A stretch of 64,000 nt of DNA, from contig JALDZX010000005.1 of the NCBI GenBank assembly GCA_022813865.1, positions 1 through 64,000 on the forward strand, written 5' to 3'. This stretch comes from Xylographa opegraphella. Its lineage: Eukaryota. Under the pieces are notes generated by a model that was given only the letters and a program-made list of their open reading frames with translations, was not told the origin of the DNA and did no database searches. The stretch's first letter is position 1. Each line of letters opens with the position of its first letter. The translations under genes were made by a program, and so were the position numbers. Positions 23,729-34,255 of the stretch are shown here, piece after piece.

Positions 23729-26134
23729 ATGAACGAACAATCAAGACCTGTGACTACACGGGTCGCACCAATATTTCAAACCGTTACTCCAGCACATGCA
23801 GACATTATTCCCTCCTCATCCCCTGCCTTTTCTACCCCGATCCATCCTATACTATTGCAGAAGCATGCTCTACAGCAACAAAAGCCAACGATACTTCCAG
23901 TGCTTCTACCAGCGGCGACTCTGCGCCCGTTGGCCTTTCGGATCTTTACAAAGAAACATAGTCTAACACTTAACTCAGCATCTCTTCAAATACTGGCCAG
24001 TTTCATCGGTAAACACTGCGGATCTGGATGGCGCGAAGAGGGACTGGCTGAGAGTGTCTTGGACGAAGTTGCGAAATTTTGGAAGCGGAATAATGGCGGT
24101 CTTATTGTGGAAGGAGATAGTAAGCAATTCAAGGATATATTGCAAAACCTTGAAGGTTATATGAGTGGAGGTAGAATCCAGATCCAGCGTGATTTGAGCC
24201 GCAATGAAAGCTATTCTAGACACGATCTGAGCACAAACGAAGTTATCGGAGGTTACGATGGCAGATCGACCTCGGTGGCAAGGGAGGACAGCGAAACGAG
24301 TCTGGGCATCTCGAGATTGGACGTCGAGGACGAGAAAGAGGAGGACTTCCGCGCACAAGAGCTTCGACACTTCCTTAAGGTGGTGGGAGCCTTTGAACAG
24401 CCACGATTCAAATACGACGCACAGAGGAAGCATTTCGAAAATTTAATAGCAGCACCATCTTTATTTCCGGATCCGTCACAGAAGACACAACTGTTTCGCA
24501 ACCGCTACAATCTGATACACCAGCGTCTGCTACGTCACGTGTCCTTTCAAGCTCCAACCATTGCAGTCTCCAAGGTTCAATCATTCCAAAGGTCCTCTTC
24601 TGCTATTCTAACCGTGCAGCAAGCGTACAAGCTTACCCCAATCGCCAATCTACTCGGTCGGAGCGGTAGCAGTCATGTCCTGCTTGGGTTACTTACGATC
24701 GCTCCTACAGGCACTTTGGCCATAAGTGATCTGACTGGCAGCATTGCTCTAGATATTCAGCACGCCCGGCCAATACCCGAAGATGGAGCTTGGTTCACGC
24801 CTGGAATGATTGTCATCGTAGATGGCATATACGAGGAGGAAGGCTCGGCAACCTCGTCTGGCCTGGGAGGAGGTGGTGGTATCGGTGGAACTATTGGCGG
24901 AAAATTTATGGGACTTTCGGTTGGAGGGCCACCATGCGAACGACGTGAAGTGACGCTCGGCATCGGAGGCGCTAATGGGGAAGACGGTTTGAGCTCTGGT
25001 GGTGGCTTCGGCTGGGTAGATTTTCTGGGAGTGGGAAGCGAAAGGGCAACTGGCTCCAGAATGAGGAAACTGGAGAAGACCGTCCTCGGACGGCGAGGTC
25101 TCTCAGAAAATGCTGCTGGACGGAATAAGATTGCAATCCTAGGCGAAAGCAACCTGGATAGTCCCAAGTCGATGGAAGCGCTAAAGAAAGTCCTCGCTGT
25201 GTATGCGGCAGATTCAGAAGAGCACGTTCCTATCACTTTCATACTTGTCGGCAGCTTTGTCAGGTACGCTGTCGTTGCTGGTGGTGGTAGTGGAGGAAGC
25301 ATTGAATACAAGGAATATTTTGACTCCCTTGCTTCTGTGCTCTTGGAGTATCCTACTATTCTGCAGGCGTCCACATTTGTTTTTGTTCCGGGTGACAACG
25401 ATCCTTGGCCATCGACGTTCTCGGCTGGAGCGGCCACAGTACTGCCTAGAAATGGTATACCGGAATTATTCACTTCCAGAGTCAAGAAAGCCTTCACGGC
25501 CGCCAATACAGAAGCGGGCAGGTTATCGGGCTCAAAGACAGATGGAAAAGCAATATGGACAACCAATCCGACGCGTCTGACACTGTTCGGCTCTACACAG
25601 GAGATAGTTGTCTTTCGGGATGACATATCTGGCAGACTTCGCCGAAATGCCTTGACCTTTCAGAAGCCGGACGCCAATGGTTCCGAAGGTTCTTCGGATA
25701 CACTTACAGTAGGCCAAATTATGAACGGCAATGCAAGCTCAGATGAGCAAGTGGAGCGTGATACAGCGGTAGTGGATGCAGAATCGCATGTTCCAACCGT
25801 TGAAAATACTCAAATCAACAAATCTGCTGTTCAGAAAGATTCGCAAGCCGCCCGGAAGTTGGTCAAGACAATTTTGGACCAGGGCGATCTATCCCCGTTC
25901 CCGCTCAGCACTCGTCCGGTTTTATGGGATCATGCGGATGCGCTGCGATTATACCCATTGCCTACAGCACTAGTTCTGGTGGATCCCGAAGCCCCGCCAT
26001 ATACTGTTACTTACGAAGGATGCCATGTCATGAACCCTGGGCGACTCGTTGCGGAAGGGCGGAAAGCGGTCGCGAGATGGATCGAGTTTGATGCCAGAAC
26101 AAGACGGGGTATGATTCGCGAAGTTAAGTATTGA
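23729..26134 (+). CDS. DPB2: DNA polymerase epsilon subunit B
   Basis: Intronless 801 aa ORF with LRPLAFRIFTKKHSL, LFRNRYNLIHQRLLR, FVFVPGDNDPW, NPTRL...EIVVFRDD, KLVKTILDQG and LYPLPTALVL. Confidence 0.96.
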   Translation: MNEQSRPVTTRVAPIFQTVTPAHADIIPSSSPAFSTPIHPILLQKHALQQQKPTILPVLLPAATLRPLAFRIFTKKHSLTLNSASLQILASFIGKHCGSGWREEGLAESVLDEVAKFWKRNNGGLIVEGDSKQFKDILQNLEGYMSGGRIQIQRDLSRNESYSRHDLSTNEVIGGYDGRSTSVAREDSETSLGISRLDVEDEKEEDFRAQELRHFLKVVGAFEQPRFKYDAQRKHFENLIAAPSLFPDPSQKTQLFRNRYNLIHQRLLRHVSFQAPTIAVSKVQSFQRSSSAILTVQQAYKLTPIANLLGRSGSSHVLLGLLTIAPTGTLAISDLTGSIALDIQHARPIPEDGAWFTPGMIVIVDGIYEEEGSATSSGLGGGGGIGGTIGGKFMGLSVGGPPCERREVTLGIGGANGEDGLSSGGGFGWVDFLGVGSERATGSRMRKLEKTVLGRRGLSENAAGRNKIAILGESNLDSPKSMEALKKVLAVYAADSEEHVPITFILVGSFVRYAVVAGGGSGGSIEYKEYFDSLASVLLEYPTILQASTFVFVPGDNDPWPSTFSAGAATVLPRNGIPELFTSRVKKAFTAANTEAGRLSGSKTDGKAIWTTNPTRLTLFGSTQEIVVFRDDISGRLRRNALTFQKPDANGSEGSSDTLTVGQIMNGNASSDEQVERDTAVVDAESHVPTVENTQINKSAVQKDSQAARKLVKTILDQGDLSPFPLSTRPVLWDHADALRLYPLPTALVLVDPEAPPYTVTYEGCHVMNPGRLVAEGRKAVARWIEFDARTRRGMIREVKY

Positions 26135-28040
26135 AGGCAGTTAGTAACGATTAGCATAAATCGTAAAAATAATAGATTAGACGAAAACAGCATGCTGACA
26201 GTGTCTGAAATGCAGAATGATACCGAAGGAAGCAAAGCCGAGGCTGAGGAATACCGAAAATGTGAGATGCTGCTGCTCTGAAGCCGAGCGGCAGCGGGTG
26301 AATAACCGATTCATCGTATCCGGCCCTCTGTATCCTGAATATGCTGGAAATTAGCGAGTAAGGCTTCTTTCAATTTTTGAAGTCCGCTATCCGAGGGACA
26401 GACGAGGCGCGTGGCAAATTCTCGGCAGACGAGGCTGTGGACAGTTCGTTAGTTCGTCTAGGGCAAAGGACATGCAAGACCTGTTCGGCACTACATATCG
26501 AGAAACCCTAGTGATGCCTACAGGATGGGTATGGTGGCATGCATTCAGACGTTGGAGAAATGACCACCAAGGAGAATTCTCGTTGATATGGAGCCAGCCA
26601 GTGGATGCTATCCTTCTTGGAGTAAGTGGAGTGACGAAGGTGTGCCGAGCACTTGTGGTATATTTGGTGGGCCGGCCTGGAGAACTCTAAGGTTTTCATA
26701 ACAATGGCCGTAGCAATAGGGGCAACGATAGTTATTATTCAAGAGCTTCTGCCAGACGCCAGGAACGACTCTACCTATCTGACGAACCAGTCAAGAGGCC
26801 ACCAGTTCGCGAGTCATGGGGACGGTGTAAGCACTCAAGCACGGCTGATTTTAGTCCTTCCAGATGTTGGCGGATGGATGAGTTCTCAATATCCAATAGC
26901 CTGATACTGCTCGTAAATTTGGTTGTCTCACATACGAGTGGACATCCCCAGCGGATAGGGTCGGGAAGCTCGCCATCGCTGAAGGAGTCCTAAAAATAGC
27001 CCACTGAAGAGGACGTCGTATTCGTACCTTACCTTACCTTAGTTTGTACTCCGGCACCGCATGACGTTGCCAAGCCTTCGGCCTCTTCATCCTCAGCCAT
27101 ACCTAAGGTAAGGTACCCAAGAGCTGACTTACAAGCCATGTAAGGTACCGTATGTAAGTAATCTTTCACCTATTCCCGTTCGGTCCTTGCAGCACACTCG
27201 TGGAAGCTGGAAGCCACGTCCACGTGCATCAAGCCTGGAAGGCCAACAGCTCATGGCGGCGGAATTCTTGCGTGCTACCATCACCGGTATGTTGCTCAAT
27301 TAGTCAATCGTCAATAGTTAATGGGCGGTTTGCTCGAGGGCCGTCGCATGAAGCAGGAGTGTACGGAGTACTGTAACGCTGTAAGTTACTAGTATATGCC
27401 TTACGTGACTCGCGTGACTGGGGCACCCGCCCCAGTAACTTTACCTAAAGCGCTAGTCCCCTATCATCCTAGTCTCATCGGCCGCGTTTCTGCACCAAAG
27501 CCCCTATGTCTCTAATAGGATAAGCGGAAACGGCCGTGGGCGCTCAGCATAAAGATTGCCGTTGTTCTTCCTGTTCGTGTGTTGATGGATGGGTGACTGA
27601 AATCACTTGTGTCGCTCCTCCGTCTCATCTTATTGTTATTGTCAAGATCAACTGCGATAGCTTTCTGCCGCTCGTTCGCCGCCTTCGCTCTCCTCAAATA
27701 AACTGTTCCGCTTTTTTCCCTCTTCGACAAATTGACCGGGCTGTGCCTGAGTATATTCAGTCCTTATAGTTTCCATCCTTCTCAGCGGTTGGCTATACTG
27801 AGTTCTCTGTATCCTGGCTGCATAATCGATTGCCACAGCGTCTATTGGACCCGCTGCCTTATTGATAGTACATTAAATCCCTAGCCCTTCCAGAGATTGT
27901 GCTGAGCGTACGCACTGAGAAGCAGACTCTACTTCTTCAGCCAGCTGCAAGAGGTGGGCCGACAACCTGGTTCTCTATACTTGATCACTTTGCATCAACG
28001 GTATATCCTCATCGCTTGCGCTGCAAACTCAAACTTCAGC

Positions 28041-30393
28041 ATGAAGGCTTTACTTGGACAGAAGGCGAATTCCATAGTATTCTTATTGGCCGGGCTTATA
28101 CTGGGCGACGCCTTAGCGGGCAATGTCCTATCATCCTCTGGCTTCACGAACTGTGAGAACAATGCAACCATCACCGTCAACAACGCCAATGTGGAATTCG
28201 ATCGCTCCTCCCTCACCGTCACTTTCGACGTATCAGGTACCAGCTCAGCGCAACAAAAAGTCATAGCCGATTTGACTGTGAGTGCATACGGTAATCAGGT
28301 CTACCAGAAGACATTCAATCCATGTGATGCCTCGACATTTGTCAGTCAATTATGTCCCGGTAGGACCCCAAAAATATCCCAACTACAAAACTATTTCCTG
28401 ATTTGTACTATAGTTCCAGCGGGTACCTTCTCCGCTCAGGGCTCGCAAGTCATTCCAACGAGCTTCGCCAGTCAAATTCCGGCAATCGCTTTCTCGATTC
28501 CCGACTTGGAAGGCGAAGCTACTTTGAAACTCACAGCCGTCGATGGTGGTCAAAATCTTGCATGTGTACAGTCTGGTGTGACTAATGGCCAGAGTTTGCA
28601 GCTTCCTGCAGTAACATACGTTGCAGCTGGGATTGCCGGAGGCGCTCTACTTCTTACTGGCCTTTCAGCTCTTGGTGGCGGCGCTGGTGCTGTGGGCGGA
28701 CATTCACCCACCCCCAGCTTCAGTACGGTTCTCTTATGGTTCCAAGGACTGGCAATGAATGGAATGATGAGCGTGAACTATCCTCCCATTTATCGAAGTT
28801 TCACAAAGAATTTTGGCTTTTCCACTGGTCTCGTCTCATGGACTGCAATGCAAACATCGATCGATAATTTCAGAAACGCCACTGGCGGCAATCTGACGGC
28901 TAATAACGTTCAATATCTACAGAACGCGACTCTTGTATTCACTGATGGTTCGTCAAATACGACTTCCTTTTCTAAGCGCAATTTATTGTCCTTGGAAAAC
29001 ACTTTTCAATTCGAAGCACGCGATGTAGCTGTAACTCAAAATAACACACAAACCAGCAACAGTAACAGTACTACGCAAGTTACTCAAATCGTACACGGTA
29101 TATCTGGCTACGTGGAGCAGCTAACGATTCCCCAGGCCAATACATTCATGTTTGCATTCTCTCCCTAATTTGGATCACACCAGCTGATAGAGCATAGGAC
29201 CGTCCTGCTGGTATTCGCGATCGTCATCGCAGCGATCACAGTCGGTATTCTCCTGTTCAAGGTTATCTTGGAAACCTGGGCCCTTTTTGCCTCGTTCCCA
29301 AAGCAGCTGACCGGCTTCCGCAAGAGATACTGGAGAATACTCGCGAAGACGATCGTCAATCTAATATTGCTGCTGTACGGGGTTTGGACGCTTTACTGCG
29401 TTTTTCAGTTCACCAATGGCGATTCGTGGGCGGCAAAACTACTTGCCGGCATCACATTAGGAATATTCACTGTCGTTCTTGGGTTCTTCACATTCCGTAT
29501 CTGGTACATTGCTCGCAGGTACAGGAAGGCCGAGGGAGACGTCTCAGCACTTTACGAGAACAAGGAGACTTGGCTCAAATACAGTCTCTTCTACGATTCC
29601 TACAAGAAACAATGTTGGTGGCTCTTCATGCCGGCTATTGTCTATATGTTCGCTAAGGGCTGTGTAATCGCAGTGGGCGATGGTCATGGGTTGACTCAGA
29701 CTGTCGGCCAATTGATTATTGAGTCATTGATGTTTCTCCTCCTACTCTTCACGCGGCCTTACGCCACCAAGGGCGGTAATTGGCTCAACATCATCATACA
29801 GTTTGTCCGAGGATTATCGGTGGTTTCTATCTTGTTGTTTGTGGAAACTTTTGGCATTGCGCAAACTACAAAAACAATTACAGGAATCATATTGATTGCA
29901 GTTCAATCGGCGTTATCGGGCGTGCTTGCTATCCTCATTGCAGTCAACGCAATTATCACATGCTGCAAGGAGAATCCGCACCGCAAGAGGAGAAAGGCGG
30001 CAGGTAAGTACCATGCACTTACGGTTCCGTGCTTCTCACTAATGTAACACAGAAAAATTGAACCGTGAGTTCGATAATCTCACGCCCCTCGATGCCCGGA
30101 ATTCTCTCCTGATCGATCCATCACACGGCAAGAGTTCTTTGCCAGGATATCCAATGGGTCCATACCAAGGTTCGAAGCGCTATGAGCCAGTCCCAAAATC
30201 TGCTGGTCCCGGACGTTGGGGACCACGTGAGAGCCTTGATCACCTGGTCCCGTCAGCAGCCGACATGGGCTACTCCTACGACCGCAGTCACAGCCAAGAC
30301 AGTCATGCGGCTAATACAGAGTCCTTGACTCGCCAGCCCACTGTGCCTGATGTAGGAATGCCTGGGGGATATGCCGAGCGTCGGGTGCTGTGA
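28041..30393 (+). CDS. FLC/Pkd2 family TRP-like membrane protein (signal peptide, ML-like TRP_N, TRP domain)
   Basis: FNPC....QLCP, IPAIAFSIPDLEG, ACVQSGVTNG, MSVNYPPIYRSFTKNF and several transmembrane stretches. Introns 28360-28413, 29150-29197 and 30004-30052. Confidence 0.9.
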
Positions 30394-30955
30394 GAACGGA
30401 CAGAAAACCATTTATATTGTTTTTCTTGCCAATTTTAGCGTTTGCATGGTTGGAGTAGTCGTAGCTCTCCGCGGGGGTCGCTAAGTAAAGTTGCATTTGG
30501 ATTGATAACGACTCTGATAACCACTTCTAAAGGCTAAATGTGCGGAAGGGATTCGCATTGGTACATCTTGGGTCACTCGAGCAGGTTACACATAGACGGC
30601 ATCTAAGTGCCGTCATCGTTTTAGATTTTCATTTCACGAGCACCATGCACTCTCGGTATTATGTCGAGATCTTTCATATGTCCTTTTCGAGGATTTACAG
30701 CAGACCGTTCGACATACGAGCGCCGCCTCATGGGATGCTCAGCAATTGCGTTCCCGAGGTTGACTTACGGAATTCCAGGTACATAAAGTTCAATGTATTT
30801 TGGGCCTCTCATCCCTGGATGCTGAAATTGCCAAAAGCATTATGACTAAAAATCGCGTACCGGCTCTTGTATCCTCACAAATTCCTGCCCAACCCTATAT
30901 AGCTTCCGTGATATCCTTCATGAAAGCAAATACACCCATGGACTCAGGTCAGGGA

Positions 30956-31933
30956 TCATGACAAGCACCAAAACGCCGCCAGCACAACAAGTAGGCTCGA
31001 GCCAGCAAAGGCGGTGTGACTCGCTGCGCTGGGGACAAAGCCTGTGGCCGAGCCACCCAGGTACCAGCTGCCGATGTCAGTAAGCTGTCCGCCCTGGGTG
31101 AGCATGGCTGCGTCAGGCCCGACGTTAGAGACGGAGCTGCGGAAGGAGCCGAAGTAGGAGTAGCGAGTGATGTAGCTGGAGGAACGCGTCAGCATTGCGA
31201 ACACACCATGGGAGACAGGATGGGAAGAAGCGCACTCGATCCGATCAAAATACTGCGAGCTCTCGTTGAAGAAACTCTGCGAGTCCGTCAGGTTCACGCC
31301 CGGATTCGCATATTCGGTGATCCAGATGCTCATGTTCGGGTACGCGGCCCGCACCTGTCCGATATGGCTCGCCAGGCCGCCAAAGTCTCCGTACCAGTGA
31401 ATGGGAATGAAATCCGCGCTGCACTTCCCAGCGCAAGCAGTGAAGAACTGCTGCAGCCATGTGAAACCCGTCTGCGCGCCCGTGACGGCCGGTGCGCCCA
31501 GCTTCACGCCGTGCGACTTCAGAGGCTCGACTTCGCGGATCCACGTTTCGGCGGCAAGGATGGAGGGAACGTCGCTGCCGCCGGTGGCGGAAGTGCCGTC
31601 AGGTTCGTTGAAGGTGAGGATGTAGGAGATGTTTGCGCCGGTGGAGATTTGGGACTGGACGGAGGCGAGGAAGGAGGTGTCGGTGGTGTCGTTTGGGGCG
31701 CCGAAGAGCATGGGGACGAATTGGAAATTGGTGGCATTCGAGAAGTTGGGGGAGGGCTCGGGACCGTAGTTGTAGTACCAAGTCAGATCGGAGCTGGGGG
31801 AGTCCCAGATGTTATTGTCTTGGGGGTAATTGGGATTGGGCACGTAGACGAGACCTCGTTTGGGGGACGTTGTGATTTGAGAGAAGGCGGGCGGGAGGAT
31901 GGCGAGGACGCTGAGTATTATTGTTGAGCGCAT
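30956..31933 (-). CDS. Secreted, probably GPI-anchored GH128 beta-1,3-glucanase-like protein
   Basis: Signal peptide, KRGL, WYYNY, FVPML, FNEPD, HWYG and IWITEY motifs, and a hydrophobic C-terminus. Intron 31176-31235. Confidence 0.88.
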   Translation of the reverse strand: MRSTIILSVLAILPPAFSQITTSPKRGLVYVPNPNYPQDNNIWDSPSSDLTWYYNYGPEPSPNFSNATNFQFVPMLFGAPNDTTDTSFLASVQSQISTGANISYILTFNEPDGTSATGGSDVPSILAAETWIREVEPLKSHGVKLGAPAVTGAQTGFTWLQQFFTACAGKCSADFIPIHWYGDFGGLASHIGQVRAAYPNMSIWITEYANPGVNLTDSQSFFNESSQYFDRIECASSHPVSHGVFAMLTRSSSYITRYSYFGSFRSSVSNVGPDAAMLTQGGQLTDIGSWYLGGSATGFVPSAASHTAFAGSSLLVVLAAFWCLS

Positions 31934-32450
31934 GATTCAGATGTGGTTCGCAGATTGAGGATGAGATAGGTAATCAACAAGAGAGGACTGCTGAATATGA
32001 GAGCGCGACGGAAGGACTTCCCAGAAACGACAGACACCGAGCTCTAATAAACGAAGATATACGGCAATCACAATCGTATGTACAGGTACATAGTATCAAC
32101 GAGTGTATACAGCGAGCACAGCGAAAGAAAGAAGAACCAAAAGCAACGTCGAGAAGGATAGGCGGGAGTGTGGACGCAGGAGAATTTCCATTTCCCTATT
32201 CTATTTACAGCCACATCGTTATCTCTGCAGGGGCCGCCCGTTGCCTGTTCCCGGGGGCCCATCCCTGTTCGGTACCCTAAAGTGGCCGCCCAGGCGTGTC
32301 GATCATTGATGGGACACCACACAGTCTCCTTTTGCTCTGCATCCCCCTTTTCAGCTACGCCCCGACCTTGTCGTCCACCCCGAATATGGATACGTCTTCC
32401 ACGTCAGTATAGTACCTAGTGGCTCCCCCGCGCACTGATAATGGCACTTT

Positions 32451-33315
32451 CTACGAAGTAGTATCTGGGCGCGCTATGGTGGATAATCCTGTATGGTAAT
32501 TGTCGAACTCGACCCTGAGGAGATCCATGACTTGAGATCTCGTCCACTCGTGATCAGGTCGCTGTCTCGAGTCACGATGACTGGCTCTGGTATGTTCGCT
32601 TTCGAACTCCGTATAGCGGACGTCGAGGTGCAGCAGCCTCTTATCGGGCCGACTCAGGACCTCTGCAAACCTCTGCATGGCGGTCTTGACTCTCGCATAC
32701 TCATAACGAGGAAGCCGACAACAGAAGGCTTCGATGGCGATGGCAAGAACGATACGTTTCATCATCCGGAGATAGCGCATGGCCATCTGGAGGGTGTTGT
32801 TCTCCATGCGAGCCGGGTTGATCAAGTTGGCACAATGGGTGGTTGCGACAAGGGCGTGGAAACGCGAGCGAGTAAACATATTGAAAGCCGCTTCTTCTTG
32901 CACCTGCTTGGATATGGTTAGGAGACAAAATGACCGTCGCCCTGGACAGCAGAGATCGAGCGGTGCGCACATGTCATCATCATACGAAAGGAGATGGGGT
33001 GGATGTGGATAGGCCCCGTCGGTGACGATGGTGTCTGGTGAAAGGAGGCAGAGAGCGAGGATTTCGTCACGGATCGGGCGTGGCAAACACAAGAAAGAGA
33101 AGGACTCCGGAGCATCATGTTTAGAGCCTTTCCCACGGGAAGCTGCGTGCCACTATGCATGCATCAATTGGGATGATTGGGACGACGGCGATGTTCAGCT
33201 CACTCTTGGTTGATCGTCGGTTGACTGGGAATGAGATGTCACTGTTCCGCACAATGATCGGAGAGTGAGTGTTGACCGCGCTGAAGACCCTCTTACGCTT
33301 CTTCGATCCTGCCAT
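32451..33315 (-). CDS. Hypothetical protein with an F-box-like motif
   Basis: Exon MAGSKKRKRV joins by a probable GTGAGC...CAG intron (about 33144-33204) to SFSFLCLPRPIRDEILALCL...LLTISKQVQEEA, resembling the common fungal FLxLPxEIRxxI motif. Confidence 0.55.
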
Positions 33316-34255
33316 GTCGGCATGCTTTTACGCTGCTGTACAGTTATTCCTGGTCAAAGTGGGCTCTTCATGTGACGGCTGGGATGTTCACATCGAGCCA
33401 TGAAAGCAGCGAGGGGAGATTATTACGGTCCAAATACGCATGCGCACTCCCGGGCGAAGAGCGAACGATGAACAATCATATGTCTAGATTTCAGTCATGC
33501 ATCGGGTTGATATGGTAGCTTATTTCCTACTGCGGTGAAGCTCCGTGGGCTGTTCTCATTCACGTGTACAATCCCCGTCTCTACCAGACCGAACGCAATG
33601 AGTTTTCGCCACGAGGCTCACAACCAAGAGTGATCACGCCGGAAACATGTCTCAGGATTCGTTCAGTATTTCATGTAATATACAAACCGTCTGTGTTCGG
33701 CACCGATTTGAAGGTCCGTAGCCAGACATGGAGGATTGTGGGCTTGACTGTTGCCTCGAGATTGCTTTGGACCATTCTATAATTGCCACGAACTTCATGA
33801 GTCAAGGGTCAAAGTTAAGAGTGCTCGCCATATAATCAGACGCGCGGTACTTTCTAGTCCACTAATAGATTCTCGTCCAACTAAGCTGGACGGCCATACA
33901 CACCGCTGAATATCAACGCACTGGTGGACTTGTGATTGGGGAGTTTTATCGTCTAGACTTCTATCATATCACGGCCCCACTTGGCACACGAGGCTCGATT
34001 CCAAATCCCTGCATCTGCGCCAGCCATGTTGCTTCTGCTGTTCGTGAGAAATTGGACCCTCTCACAACTAGAGATGACGTTACGCCGGTTGCCCCTTTTC
34101 CAAACACGTCCAGCCGCACGGCTCCGTAGATGGCCGCCCGATGGAAACAAGCTCATCACTTGCAAAGAAAGACCCGCCTAAACAAGCGTATCTTCGGGCC
34201 AGATAGTGTACAAGAGCGATGAGAGTGGGGCCCGTGGTTCCGTCACGGAAACCCG

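Noticed and set aside
31016..31927. 303 aa antisense ORF over GH128, and the high GC as a sign of horizontal transfer
   Set aside because: Shadow of strong third-position GC bias. The gene has a normal fungal intron, signal peptide and GPI-like tail.
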